A DNA stretch of 64,000 nucleotides from Candidatus Aenigmatarchaeota archaeon (GCA_016213525.1 JACRAE010000006.1:16691-80690), one strand, 5' to 3'. Counted from the first letter of the stretch, positions 37,483 through 47,625 are shown. Program-made: numbers and translations. Notes: generated by a model from the letters alone, not told the origin.

Positions 37483-38292
37483 ATGGTTTTGGAATCTTTG
37501 GTGTCGGTCAAGGACGCGATAAGGAGCCCGTGGCACATGATAGTTTTCGGGGCCGTCATATCGTTGATCTCGGTCGGGATAGCGTACTTCATATTCCCTG
37601 AGAACGCCGGGCTCATGACGGTATTCCTGATAACCCTGATAGCCGCGCCGTTCATGTGGAACCTCCTGAAGTACGAGGAGTGGTGCGAGGAGAAGGACTT
37701 CGTCTGCAAGATGAACTTCTCAGACAAGGTAAATCCAATCAAGGCGTTCATTAGGTCGATGATGATATTCGTGATATATGCGGCGTTCTTCGGAGGCATG
37801 ACGGCCGCCCTCACCGCGGCCTACATATTCCTGCCGGCGTCGACCGCCCAGCAGACCTTCAATGACCAGATGGCCCAAATCGGCAAGGTGAGCGACCTGG
37901 TGGGCGGTTTCTCATTGGACAGCACCTTCTATCACATACTCAGCAACAACCTGGTCGTCATGGGCATGTCGTTCATTCTGGCCCTCCTGATAGGCGTCGG
38001 CGCAATCTTCATCCTGGCGTGGAACGCGTCCGTGCTGGCGGTGGCTATATCAATCGTCACGAAGGCGGACGGACTGTCGGCTGCGCTTCTGAGGTTCATG
38101 CCCCATGGGGTGTTCGAGATAGCCGCCTTCTTCCTGGCCGCCATAGCCGGCGGCGTGATATCCGTCGCTGTCACCAAGAGACAGACGCCCCAGTTCGGAC
38201 CGGTGATAAGGGACATGATGGTTATATTGGCGCTGGCTTCGGTTCTGGTCTTCGTCGGGGCCGTAATCGAGACCGAGGGAATATCTCTATAG
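37483..38292 (+). CDS. SpoIIM/DUF95-family membrane protein
   Basis: Six TM helices. PHGVFEIAAFFLAAIAGG motif characteristic of DUF95. Confidence 0.5.
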   Translation: MVLESLVSVKDAIRSPWHMIVFGAVISLISVGIAYFIFPENAGLMTVFLITLIAAPFMWNLLKYEEWCEEKDFVCKMNFSDKVNPIKAFIRSMMIFVIYAAFFGGMTAALTAAYIFLPASTAQQTFNDQMAQIGKVSDLVGGFSLDSTFYHILSNNLVVMGMSFILALLIGVGAIFILAWNASVLAVAISIVTKADGLSAALLRFMPHGVFEIAAFFLAAIAGGVISVAVTKRQTPQFGPVIRDMMVILALASVLVFVGAVIETEGISL

Positions 38293-41124
38293 GACGAATA
38301 TCGCCGGCTTCCTGACGTCCGCGTTCCTCGCCTTCTCCAGCTTCGAAGTTTCCGCGTCCTGTATCTCCACCTCGGCCCCTATCTGCTTCCCAATGAAGGC
38401 CTTCGCCTCCTCCAAGAGATCGAGCTGCGACTGCCTGGACACAAGGTTCCCGCTTAGCTCGCCCCTCTTCTGGAGCGCCTGTATGTACTTCACCGCGGCT
38501 TCGTTCTTCTCCTTGACCATCGATAAAATTGTCTTGAAGTCGGCAGACTTGTTCTTCGACACCAGGCCGTAGACGTCGAACTTCCATTGCGGGGCGACTA
38601 TGATGACCGCCTTCTTCGGCTTGATGCCGGATATCTTTTCTATCTGCCTCACGTCGTCCGCCACCTGCCTGATCATGTCCTCTCCGGACTCGCTCTCCGA
38701 GTCGGCCTTGCCCTCGTTCGCCTCGGGCCACATCGAGGAAGCAGCGAGCTTCTTGTTACCCATTCCCTCCCATATCTCCTCCGCCGTGTGGGGGGCGAAC
38801 GGGCACATCATGACGACTATCGTGGATATCCCTTCTTCCAGCACATCTCTGTTGCAGTTCTCGATTCCGCCGCACCTGTCGATGTACCACTTTAGGTCGT
38901 TCGTCGACTCGAAGAACCCGGACTGAATTGCGGACCTGAACCTGGTGAGCTCGCACGCCTCGGTCGTCGACTTGATTCTTGACTGGAGCATGCTGATGAA
39001 AGATTTATCGGGGTTCTGCATGTCTTTCCTCTTTGACTTTTCAATGTCTCTCGACAACGAGTGAAGCATCCTCATCCTAGACGCGAACGCGTCTATGCTG
39101 TCATCCCTCCAGTCCGCGTCGTCCATGTTCTCGTTCGAGCCGACGATGTTCATCCTGGTGACGTCCGACCCGTATGTCTCGATCATGTCAGAAAGCATCT
39201 TCACGTTCCCGAACCTCTTCGACATCTTCTGGCTGTTCAGGGTCACGAAGCCGTTCACCGAGACCCCCCTCGGCCACATTCTGGGGTCGTCCCACATGGC
39301 GACGTGGTGGAACACGTGGTAGGTGAGGTGGTTCGGTATCAGCTCCTTCGCCGAGAAACGGACGTCTGTGGGATAATAATAGTCGAACTCCCCTTTCATC
39401 TCCTCGATTGCCTTCTCATCCAGACCCGACTTCTTGCTCGCAGATTTGGCGTCGCCCTTCCCCAAGAAGACGTAGTCGAGGACCTCGTCCGTCAGGCCGT
39501 CGGCGTCAACCTTCCTTTCCTTCAGGGTCTTCGATATCGTGTAGTACGCCATGTAAATCACCGAGTCGCTCAGCGTCTCTATTATCCAGTCCCTGTCCCA
39601 GGGCATCTTCGTGCCGAGGCCGGACTTCCTGGCGCACGCCTTGTCCTTCAGCCAGTCGACGGTGTTCAAAAACTGCGTCCTCGACGTCTCGGGGTACAGG
39701 TTCATCCTGCTTATCGCCTCCTTCGCCCTCCTCTTCCACTCCTCGTCGGAGAATTTCAGGAACCACTGGTTCTCCAGTATCTTGACGTGGCACCTGGTCT
39801 TGCACCTGCACACGACCTCCGACGTCGTTTCCCAGAACACCTCGCCCCATCCCTTCCTCACGAAGTCCGCCGATATTTTATCCTTGGCCTCGGAGATTCT
39901 CACGCCCGGGTAGCCGGTGTTCTCCCTCAGGACGCCCTGGTGGAACTCCTTCTTGTAGACCTCGTCGGTAGCCTCGTCCAGTTTCTCCGCGTCCTTCTGG
40001 CTGGATATCATCATCCTGCTGCAGACCTCGACCGCCGGGTTCTCCGTCATGCCCTCGACCTTGATTATCGATATCGGCACCACGGCGTCCAGCGCCTCTT
40101 GGAATATCCCGTACTTCTGGGACAGTCCCATGTCCTGCTTCAGGTCGTGAAGTCCCATCCAGTCGTACGGCGCGTGCGACGGCACGGACATGACGACGCC
40201 GGTGGCCGTGTCTGGGTCCACGAAGCCCGCAGGGAACACCGGGACCTTCAGCCCGGTGACTGGGTTCTTCGCGACCCTCCCCACAATCATCGAGCCTTTG
40301 ATCTCTTCCTTCACGTCGACCTTGTGCAGCTGGTCCCTCGCCTTTTCAGCGGCGACCTTGCCGAGTATCCACGCCTTCCCGTCCACTTCGGCTTTGACGT
40401 AGTCGCCGTCTGGGTTTATCCAAACGTTCGTCGCGCCGTACGCCGTCTCGGGCCTCATGGTAGCGCACGGTAAAATGGTTCCATCGTCGAGCTCAAACTT
40501 CAGCATCACATATTCCACTGGGCTCTCGCCTTCGCCGACGAGCCTGTCGTGGTCGCCGGTCGGGGACTGGTCGTGCGGGCACCAGACCACGGGGTGGGTA
40601 CCCTGCACGACGTAGCCCTTATTCTTCAGCGTGTTGTACTGCCACTCTATGAAGCGGTTGTAAGTCGGGGTGAGGGCCGTGACGAAGCTCCGCCTCCAGT
40701 CGACTGAGAAGCCGGCCGACTTCAGCGTCCTGACCCACCTGTCCATCCAGTACGCCACGACGAACTCCGGACCCTGTTCCGCAAAATTTTTGATGTCCTC
40801 GTCCGTCGCACCGAGAGCTCGCAGGGCCTCTATCTGGTCCTGGTCCCTGTTCCTCACCCTCTCGACCACGCCGAGAATCGGCTCTCCGGTGGCGTGGAAG
40901 CCCTGCGGGAACAAAACATTGAAGCCCTGCATCCTCTTGAAGCGGGCGTAGACGTCGGCGCGGATGAAGGTGTATGCGTGGCCCAGGTGCGGCGCCCCGT
41001 TCATGTACGGGTATGCTACGTTCACGAAGAACTTCTGCCTCTTGGCGTCGGGGTCGGACTCGAATATCCCTGCCTCCTCCCACCTCTTCTGCCACTTCTG
41101 CTCTATTTTGCTGGTCTCAGACAT
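38287..41124 (-). CDS. leuS: Leucyl-tRNA synthetase
   Basis: HLGHAYT (HIGH) and KMSKR (KMSKS) motifs. CP1 editing domain. Length 945 aa. Confidence 0.95.
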   Translation of the reverse strand: MSETSKIEQKWQKRWEEAGIFESDPDAKRQKFFVNVAYPYMNGAPHLGHAYTFIRADVYARFKRMQGFNVLFPQGFHATGEPILGVVERVRNRDQDQIEALRALGATDEDIKNFAEQGPEFVVAYWMDRWVRTLKSAGFSVDWRRSFVTALTPTYNRFIEWQYNTLKNKGYVVQGTHPVVWCPHDQSPTGDHDRLVGEGESPVEYVMLKFELDDGTILPCATMRPETAYGATNVWINPDGDYVKAEVDGKAWILGKVAAEKARDQLHKVDVKEEIKGSMIVGRVAKNPVTGLKVPVFPAGFVDPDTATGVVMSVPSHAPYDWMGLHDLKQDMGLSQKYGIFQEALDAVVPISIIKVEGMTENPAVEVCSRMMISSQKDAEKLDEATDEVYKKEFHQGVLRENTGYPGVRISEAKDKISADFVRKGWGEVFWETTSEVVCRCKTRCHVKILENQWFLKFSDEEWKRRAKEAISRMNLYPETSRTQFLNTVDWLKDKACARKSGLGTKMPWDRDWIIETLSDSVIYMAYYTISKTLKERKVDADGLTDEVLDYVFLGKGDAKSASKKSGLDEKAIEEMKGEFDYYYPTDVRFSAKELIPNHLTYHVFHHVAMWDDPRMWPRGVSVNGFVTLNSQKMSKRFGNVKMLSDMIETYGSDVTRMNIVGSNENMDDADWRDDSIDAFASRMRMLHSLSRDIEKSKRKDMQNPDKSFISMLQSRIKSTTEACELTRFRSAIQSGFFESTNDLKWYIDRCGGIENCNRDVLEEGISTIVVMMCPFAPHTAEEIWEGMGNKKLAASSMWPEANEGKADSESESGEDMIRQVADDVRQIEKISGIKPKKAVIIVAPQWKFDVYGLVSKNKSADFKTILSMVKEKNEAAVKYIQALQKRGELSGNLVSRQSQLDLLEEAKAFIGKQIGAEVEIQDAETSKLEKARNADVRKPAIFVL

Positions 41125-41187
41125 CTTTACCGATAGTCATAAATTAGGTGCGGATACTAATTTAATCGTAGCTAAGCCGGATACGCC

Positions 41188-41281
41188 GGGCCCGTAGCTC
41201 AGCTTGGATAGAGCGGCAGACTTCTAGACCCGAGAGGGTGGAGAGATCTGAAGGTCGAGGGTTCAAATCCCTCCGGGCTCA
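41188..41281 (+). tRNA. tRNA-Arg (anticodon TCT) with a ~19-nt intron
   Basis: Acceptor GGGCCCG/CGGGCTC. D-arm GCTC-AGCTTGGATA-GAGC. Anticodon stem GCAGA. Loop CTTCTA + intron. T-arm GAGGG-TTCAAAT-CCCTC. Purine-purine pair at 27:43. TATA-like TAATTTAAT upstream. Confidence 0.7.
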
Positions 41282-41282
41282 C

Positions 41283-42773
41283 TTAACCTTTTTCGTCGGT
41301 GTCGATCTGCGCCTTCTGCAGCTTTCCCGAATAGTCGACGAACACGCTCTTCTCCTCGCTGAAGAACTGCACACCGGTCCATCCGACTTCCTTCCATCCG
41401 TTGCCGGAAGACTTGGAACCGCCGAACGGCAGGTGCACCTCCGCGCCGATCGTCGGGGAGTTGATGTAGGTTATCCCGAACTGCAGGTCCCTTATCGCCC
41501 TCATCGTGTCCTGCACCCTGTTCGTGTAGATTGAGGAGCTGAGGCCGTAATCCACTCCGTTTGAGATATCCACCGCGTCCTCGAAGTCCTTCGCCTCTAT
41601 GACCGAAAGAACGGGGCCGAATATTTCCTCCTGGCATATCCTCATGTCCGATTCGGCGTCCGTGAAAATCGTCGGTCTGTAGAACCATCCGTCCCTCTTG
41701 GGGGCAGAGCCTCCGCTGACGAGCCTCGCGCCCTCCTTCTTCCCTATCTCCACATAAGATTTTACCTTCTCCCTAGCCGCCTCGTTCACGAGAGGTCCCA
41801 TCTCGGTTTTCTTTTCCAGGCCGTCGCCCACAGCTATCTTCTTCGACCGCTCGACGAGCATCCTCTCGAACTTCTGTCTCACCTTTTTGTGCACCACGAC
41901 CCTGCTCGAGGCGGTGCACCTCTGACCCGTAGTCCCGAACGCGCCCCATATGACGCCGTCCAGCGCGAGCTTTAGGTCCGCGTCGTCCATGACTATCGTC
42001 ACGTTCTTGCTGCCCATCTCCATTCCGACTCTCTTCCCGACGCCCGCGCTCTTCATTATCTCGGCGCCGGTGTCCCTGTGACCCGTGAACGAGACGGCCC
42101 TCACCTTCTTGTGACTGGCCAGCCTGCTCCCGACGGTGCCGCCCGGCCCCGTCACCATGTTCACCACCCCCTTCGGCGCGCCCGCCATCTCCAGGAGCTC
42201 CATGAACCTGGTAGCGCATATCGGGGTGTCGCTGGACGGCTTCATCACCACAGTGTTCCCGCACACCAGAGCCGCGGTTATCTTCCAGGCCGGAATCGCG
42301 ATCGGGAAGTTCCACGGAGTTATCGCGGCCACGACCCCGAGGGGCTCCCTCACCGTCATTGCGAACTTGTTCCTGAGCTCGCTCGTAGTCGTCCTTCCGA
42401 ATAATCTCCTACCTTCGCCCGCCATGTATTCCGCGGCGTCTATCGCCTCCTGCACGTCACCCCTCGTCTCCTTCAGGACCTTCCCCATCTCGGCCGTCAT
42501 GGTCCTCGCGAGCTTCTCCTTCTCCTGCTCCAGAAGATAGGAGAACTTCAGGAGTATCTTTCCCCTCGCGGGCGGCGGCGTCAGCCTCCAATTCTCGAAC
42601 GCGTCCTGGGCGGCGTCCACTGCCCTGTCCACGTCCTCCTTGTTCCCTTTCTGGAACTTCCCGAGAACCTCCCTAGGATTCGCCGGGTTGACGCGCGAGA
42701 ACGTCTCCCCAGTCGAGCCGCTCACCCACTTTCCGTTTATCAGCATCTTGTAGGTAGTCAGACCCATACTCAC
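41283..42773 (-). CDS. NAD(P)-dependent aldehyde dehydrogenase (candidate P5C/glutamate-semialdehyde dehydrogenase)
   Basis: ALDH catalytic Cys in GQRCTA. Glu in EMGSKN. Length 496 aa. Confidence 0.8.
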   Translation of the reverse strand: MSMGLTTYKMLINGKWVSGSTGETFSRVNPANPREVLGKFQKGNKEDVDRAVDAAQDAFENWRLTPPPARGKILLKFSYLLEQEKEKLARTMTAEMGKVLKETRGDVQEAIDAAEYMAGEGRRLFGRTTTSELRNKFAMTVREPLGVVAAITPWNFPIAIPAWKITAALVCGNTVVMKPSSDTPICATRFMELLEMAGAPKGVVNMVTGPGGTVGSRLASHKKVRAVSFTGHRDTGAEIMKSAGVGKRVGMEMGSKNVTIVMDDADLKLALDGVIWGAFGTTGQRCTASSRVVVHKKVRQKFERMLVERSKKIAVGDGLEKKTEMGPLVNEAAREKVKSYVEIGKKEGARLVSGGSAPKRDGWFYRPTIFTDAESDMRICQEEIFGPVLSVIEAKDFEDAVDISNGVDYGLSSSIYTNRVQDTMRAIRDLQFGITYINSPTIGAEVHLPFGGSKSSGNGWKEVGWTGVQFFSEEKSVFVDYSGKLQKAQIDTDEKG

Positions 42774-42812
42774 TACTTTCTCCTAGATTCTATTAAAACC
42801 GACGCAATTTTT

Positions 42813-43727
42813 TCACTTCGACGAGGCGACGGTCTCCGCAATTATCCTCGCCGCCAGGTGGGACGTCATGTGTTGGACGTCGTACTTGGGGCATATCTCC
42901 ACCAAGTCGAACCCAATTAGGCCCTTCTCAGCCAGTCCTTTCATCAGGTATACCATCTGCAGGGAGGATATGCCGCCGGGTACCGGTGTGCTCACGGCCG
43001 GGGCGAATGCGGGGTCCACCACGTCCATGTCCAGAGAGACATACACGTTCCTACCGACCTTCTTCTTTATAATTTTTAACGCGTGCTCAACACCCATCTC
43101 CTCAATCTCTATCGGGGTTATAGTCTTCAGCTTCCCCCTATCTATGTTCCTCAGCTCCTCGGTTTCGGGCTGCCTCATCCCGACCTCTATGCTCGAGGAG
43201 AAGTCCACGTTCCTGAACTCCCTTATGTCGCACACGACCGAGCCGTAGTATCCTCTGGTCGAGCACACGAAGTCGGGGTGCGAGTCGAAGTACACCACGC
43301 TGATCTTCTTGTCGACCTTGTTCATGCCCCTCAGGACCTCGGACGTTATAGAATGGTCACCTCCAATGGAGACGAGCATCTTTCCGTCCGCGAAGGACCT
43401 GTATGCGATGTGTTCGACGTCCTTTTTTCTCACGTTCCCGCGGTCAAATATCTTACTTTTGATTTCTCCCGTCTGCGCGGCTGCGACGTTCCAGGCGCCG
43501 CCCCTGAAAAATACCTCCCTCTCGTGCGACACGTGCCTTATCGTGTCCGGCGCCTTAGAGGAGCCCCTTCGCTTGGAGTGCGAGCCGGAGTCGTCCGGCA
43601 CGCCTATCACAACGACGTCAGAGCAGTCGTAGCTCTTGGCGTTGGACCAGGCGAGCTTCATGAAATGATTTCGGACCGCGGTCAGATATATCTTCCCGGC
43701 TCCCCAACTGTTAACTGTAGATGGCAA
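42813..43727 (-). CDS. Arginase/agmatinase-family ureohydrolase
   Basis: GGDHSIT, DSHPD, SLDMDVVDP manganese-binding motifs. Confidence 0.8.
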   Translation of the reverse strand: MPSTVNSWGAGKIYLTAVRNHFMKLAWSNAKSYDCSDVVVIGVPDDSGSHSKRRGSSKAPDTIRHVSHEREVFFRGGAWNVAAAQTGEIKSKIFDRGNVRKKDVEHIAYRSFADGKMLVSIGGDHSITSEVLRGMNKVDKKISVVYFDSHPDFVCSTRGYYGSVVCDIREFRNVDFSSSIEVGMRQPETEELRNIDRGKLKTITPIEIEEMGVEHALKIIKKKVGRNVYVSLDMDVVDPAFAPAVSTPVPGGISSLQMVYLMKGLAEKGLIGFDLVEICPKYDVQHMTSHLAARIIAETVASSK

Positions 43728-45037
43728 TAAAGTTCGTGTGCAGCAAGCCGGGAAAGAAGTCCGTCAAGATAATCAGACGCGACGACAGGGTGATGTCGCC
43801 ATCGTTCACAAGGGAGTACTCGTTTGTTTTCAAGAGGGCGAGGGGGTGCTACATCTGGGACGTCGACGGTCGCAGGCACCTCGACTTCGCGGCTGGGATA
43901 GCCGTGATGGGGATAGGGCACAGCAATCCCGCGGTCGGTAGGGCCGTGAAGGACCAGCTGAAAATGGGGACGCACGTTGGATTCTCGGACTTCTATGCAG
44001 AGCTCCCCGTCGAGTTTGTGGAATATGCTATGAAGTTTTTGCCCAAACATCTCGACACGGCGTTCTTGTCGAATTCCGGTACTGAGTCAGTCGAGGCCGC
44101 GTACAAGATGGCGAGGTGGCACACGAAGAAGAAGTGGGCCGTTGCCTTCAAGCCGTCCTTCCACGGCAGGACGATGGGGTCTCTGTCCATGACCAACTCC
44201 AGGCCCGTTCAGAGGGACAGGTTCGGGCCGTTCCTGCCCGTCAAGCACTCGCCATACCCGTACTGCTACAGGTGCCCGTTCGAAAAGGGCGACCACGAGC
44301 ACCACAAATGCACCAACAATTATCTGAGCGAGCTCAGGAAGACGATGCTGGAGTGCAGGGGCGACCTGGCGGCAATCTTCTTCGAGCCGATATCCGGCGA
44401 AGGCGGCTACATAGTGCCGCCGAAGGACTTCGTCAGGGGGATGCGCGAGCTGTGCGACGAGCACGGCGTGCTGCTGTGCGACGACGAGGTGCAGTCTGGC
44501 TGCTACAGGACCGGAAAGTTCCTGGCGATTGAGAACTTCGGCGTGAAGCCCGACGTGGTTTCGCTGAGCAAGGCCATAGGGGGCGGCGTGCCACTCGGCC
44601 TCACAGTCGCGAACAGGAAGACGATGGATTGGGTTCCGGGCTCGCACGCCAACACTTTCGGCGGAAACTTGCTCGCGTGCGCCGCGGGGATGGCCACGCT
44701 GAAATTCATGAAGGAGAAGAGGCTCGGCGAGAACGCGCAGAAGATTGGCGGGTACATAATGAAGAGGCTGGAGAGGACGAAGAGAGACTATGATATAGTC
44801 GGGGATGTGAGGGGTATGGGGCTGATGATAGGCCTTGAGATCGTGTCTGACAAGGCATCGAAGAGGCACGGCGAGTCCGAGAGGTCGAATATTTTGTGCA
44901 AGGCGAGCGAGAAGGGGCTATTGTTGCTGCCGGCAGGCAGGAGCGCGATAAGGATATGCCCGCCACTCGTCATCAACAAGTCGCAGGCGAAGACCGGGAT
45001 AGACATCCTGGAGGACGCCATATCGGAGTCCTGTTAG
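43721..45037 (+). CDS. Class III pyridoxal-phosphate aminotransferase (ornithine/4-aminobutyrate type)
   Basis: DEVQSGCYRTGKF and SLSKAIGGG (PLP lysine) motifs. Length 438 aa. Confidence 0.85.
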   Translation: MAIKFVCSKPGKKSVKIIRRDDRVMSPSFTREYSFVFKRARGCYIWDVDGRRHLDFAAGIAVMGIGHSNPAVGRAVKDQLKMGTHVGFSDFYAELPVEFVEYAMKFLPKHLDTAFLSNSGTESVEAAYKMARWHTKKKWAVAFKPSFHGRTMGSLSMTNSRPVQRDRFGPFLPVKHSPYPYCYRCPFEKGDHEHHKCTNNYLSELRKTMLECRGDLAAIFFEPISGEGGYIVPPKDFVRGMRELCDEHGVLLCDDEVQSGCYRTGKFLAIENFGVKPDVVSLSKAIGGGVPLGLTVANRKTMDWVPGSHANTFGGNLLACAAGMATLKFMKEKRLGENAQKIGGYIMKRLERTKRDYDIVGDVRGMGLMIGLEIVSDKASKRHGESERSNILCKASEKGLLLLPAGRSAIRICPPLVINKSQAKTGIDILEDAISESC

Positions 45038-45048
45038 GCGGTGATTGG

Positions 45049-45891
45049 ATGGGGCTCGCGTCGTTCTTCGTCAGGAGGTGGATAGCCGGCGAGTCCGTCG
45101 ATGACGCGATAGGAGCCGCCGTCAGATATAATTCCAGGGGAATGTCAGCGATAATAAATTATCTCGGGGAACACGACTGTGATGAGAGAGTGATAAGGAA
45201 AAACGTCTCGGTCTACCTGAGGCTCCTCGACAGGATACACAGGAAAAAGATAAGGGCGTCGATATCTGTCAAGCCTAGCCAGATGCACATAGAGAGGAAG
45301 CTGGAGCACTGCATCGTGCATTTCAGAAAGATACTCGATAGGGCCAAGAAGTACGGGACATTCGTCTGGATAGATATGGAAGGATCGGAGCATACCAGCC
45401 GCACCATCGAGTCGTACCTATCCCTCCACAGGTCCTACAAGAACGTCGGCATGGTGGTTCAGGCCAACATGGTGAGGAGCCAGTCCGATTTGAAGTATCT
45501 GTTGGAGAAGGGTGCCGTCGTGAGGCTCGTCAAAGGCGCGTACAGGGACGGGAAGAAAACCGTGTATGGGAAGTCGGACGTCAGGAAAATATACAAGACC
45601 ATGATGAGGATGATGTTTGAAAAGTCCAGGAGGTTCGCCATAGCGACGCACGACAGGACGCTGGTAGGCGAGGCGCTCAGGTTGAGCAGGGGCTACAGGG
45701 GTCACCTGGAGTTCCAGTTCCTCATGGGAATAAAGGACGACATCAAGTACGGCCTCGCCGACGAAGGTTATAACGTGTCGGACTATGTACCGTTCGGGAC
45801 CAACTGGCGCGGCTACGTGACCAGGAGGATAAGGGAGAACCCACTTGCGCTGCTACAGATTTTCGGCCCCTTCATTCCCAGAAAAAAATGA
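45049..45891 (+). CDS. Proline dehydrogenase (monofunctional)
   Basis: ProDH TIM-barrel motifs (VRLVKGAY, IATHD). True start is MGLASFF at 45049; the track ORF is extended upstream. Confidence 0.7.
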   Translation: MGLASFFVRRWIAGESVDDAIGAAVRYNSRGMSAIINYLGEHDCDERVIRKNVSVYLRLLDRIHRKKIRASISVKPSQMHIERKLEHCIVHFRKILDRAKKYGTFVWIDMEGSEHTSRTIESYLSLHRSYKNVGMVVQANMVRSQSDLKYLLEKGAVVRLVKGAYRDGKKTVYGKSDVRKIYKTMMRMMFEKSRRFAIATHDRTLVGEALRLSRGYRGHLEFQFLMGIKDDIKYGLADEGYNVSDYVPFGTNWRGYVTRRIRENPLALLQIFGPFIPRKK

Positions 45892-46830
45892 CTAGACGGA
45901 CTTTCGCAGTTCTTTCGCGAACGACAGGACCCCATCGTATGTCTTCTTCTTCATCATCTCGTCCCTCGCCTTGGCTGCGCCCCCGAAGCCGCGCACGAAC
46001 TTGCTGCACACGCGCTTTATCCTCCCCATGTCGGCACCGTTGGTTTTTTCCAGACTCAGGTATTCTAGGAATATCTTCATGTTCTTCCTCGCGTCGAACT
46101 CCTTCTCCTTCCCGGTCTTCAGGTAGTGCAGGATTCTCTCGAACACCGCCGGATCCCCTATAGAGGCGCGCGCAATCATGGCGCCGTCGGCCAGGTCGAG
46201 CATCTTCTCCGCCCCTGGTCCGTCCCACACGTCGCCATTGCCTATGACCGGTATGCCAACGGTATGTTTGACCTTCGCTATCCATTTCCAGTCGGCCGGC
46301 ACGTCGCTGCCGTGGTCGGCGAGCCTGGCGTGCACCGTTATCGCGTCCGCCCCCGCCTTCTCCACCGCCTTCGCCACCTTCAGTACGTTGTTCTCCTTGA
46401 AGCCTAGCCTGATCTTCGCGGTAGTGGTGAGGCCGGCGTCCTTCAGCGTGCGGACCATGTCCGCTATTTTCTCGGGATGCTTGAGGAGGAAGCTGCCCGA
46501 GCCGTTGTCCGTTATCCTGATGGACGGGCAACCGCAGTTGATGTCGACGACGTCGAAATTCTCGACGTAGGGCACGACCTTCTCGAATTCTTCTACAGTC
46601 CTGCCCGTTATCTGGATGCCGGACGGCTTGTCCCTCTTGTCCGTCCTCATCAGGCCCTCCGTGTGCCTGTTTTCGTGCAAAATCGCGGATATGTTGAGCA
46701 TCTCTATGTACGCCATGGCTGCGCCGGCCTTCCTGCACACTAGCCTGAACGGTAGGTCCGAGACGTCCACCAACGGGGATAGCAGGAGCCTGTTCTTCAG
46801 TTTCACGTCGCCTATCTTCAGCTTCCTCAC
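45892..46830 (-). CDS. dus: tRNA-dihydrouridine synthase
   Basis: DINCGCP catalytic-Cys motif. FMN-binding TIM-barrel pattern. Confidence 0.8.
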   Translation of the reverse strand: MRKLKIGDVKLKNRLLLSPLVDVSDLPFRLVCRKAGAAMAYIEMLNISAILHENRHTEGLMRTDKRDKPSGIQITGRTVEEFEKVVPYVENFDVVDINCGCPSIRITDNGSGSFLLKHPEKIADMVRTLKDAGLTTTAKIRLGFKENNVLKVAKAVEKAGADAITVHARLADHGSDVPADWKWIAKVKHTVGIPVIGNGDVWDGPGAEKMLDLADGAMIARASIGDPAVFERILHYLKTGKEKEFDARKNMKIFLEYLSLEKTNGADMGRIKRVCSKFVRGFGGAAKARDEMMKKKTYDGVLSFAKELRKSV

Positions 46831-46867
46831 AAAATAGAATCGGGGTCGCGGCTTAAATTTCCGGCTA

Positions 46868-47578
46868 TCAGCTGCTCTTCAACGTGAAGCTCTTGCCCTG
46901 TATCTCCTTGGCAGATCCCTTAAGGACATAGTTCTTGCCATCGAACGATATGCTGCCGTGGAAGTCCGTCAGCTCCACCGTCGAGTTGGCGAGCTTGGTC
47001 GAGCTGCTCTCGCCCCCTTCGCTATCTATGCTGCCCGTGACCCCCGAGAGCCTGACCCTGGATATCGTCACCGGGTCTATGCTGTAGGCGGACGGCTCAA
47101 GCTCGGCCGATATTGAGAACTTCTTGGACTTGGGCCTAAGCTTCGTGCCCTGCACCTCCGCCGAGGCGGCCGTGCCCTCAACCGACAGGTTGACGCTGTC
47201 AATCTCCAGCTTCCCGTTGAACTCGTTGAAGACTATCCTCATGCTCTCCCCGCTGACGTCTATCAGGGAGTCGCCTATGACGGTGTCCTTGACGTGCTTG
47301 CCCTGCAGGACTATGTCCGAGTCCAGGAGCACCGTGGAGTCGTCGAGAAGGCCCACGCTTGACGTCATCGTGAAGTTGACCGGGCCGGACTCGCCGTCGC
47401 CCACCCTATCGCCGAATATGTTCTTCCCGTCGAATCCTTCGAAGACGCCCAAAGAGAGCCCGGCTGGGTCGTAGAACGCGAAAGCCGCTATGCCCACAAT
47501 GACTATGATTCCCAGGGCCACCTTGGTCGAGCTCGACAGGTTCGACTTTCCTCCGCCTCCGGACGGTGGGTGCGCCAT
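46868..47578 (-). CDS. Membrane-anchored hypothetical protein
   Basis: N-terminal TM anchor then a beta-rich S/T/G-rich domain. Confidence 0.35.
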   Translation of the reverse strand: MAHPPSGGGGKSNLSSSTKVALGIIVIVGIAAFAFYDPAGLSLGVFEGFDGKNIFGDRVGDGESGPVNFTMTSSVGLLDDSTVLLDSDIVLQGKHVKDTVIGDSLIDVSGESMRIVFNEFNGKLEIDSVNLSVEGTAASAEVQGTKLRPKSKKFSISAELEPSAYSIDPVTISRVRLSGVTGSIDSEGGESSSTKLANSTVELTDFHGSISFDGKNYVLKGSAKEIQGKSFTLKSS

Positions 47579-47625
47579 AGAACCTTTATAGGAGTCTGTA
47601 GATATATTAATTCCGCTAAGGTCAA

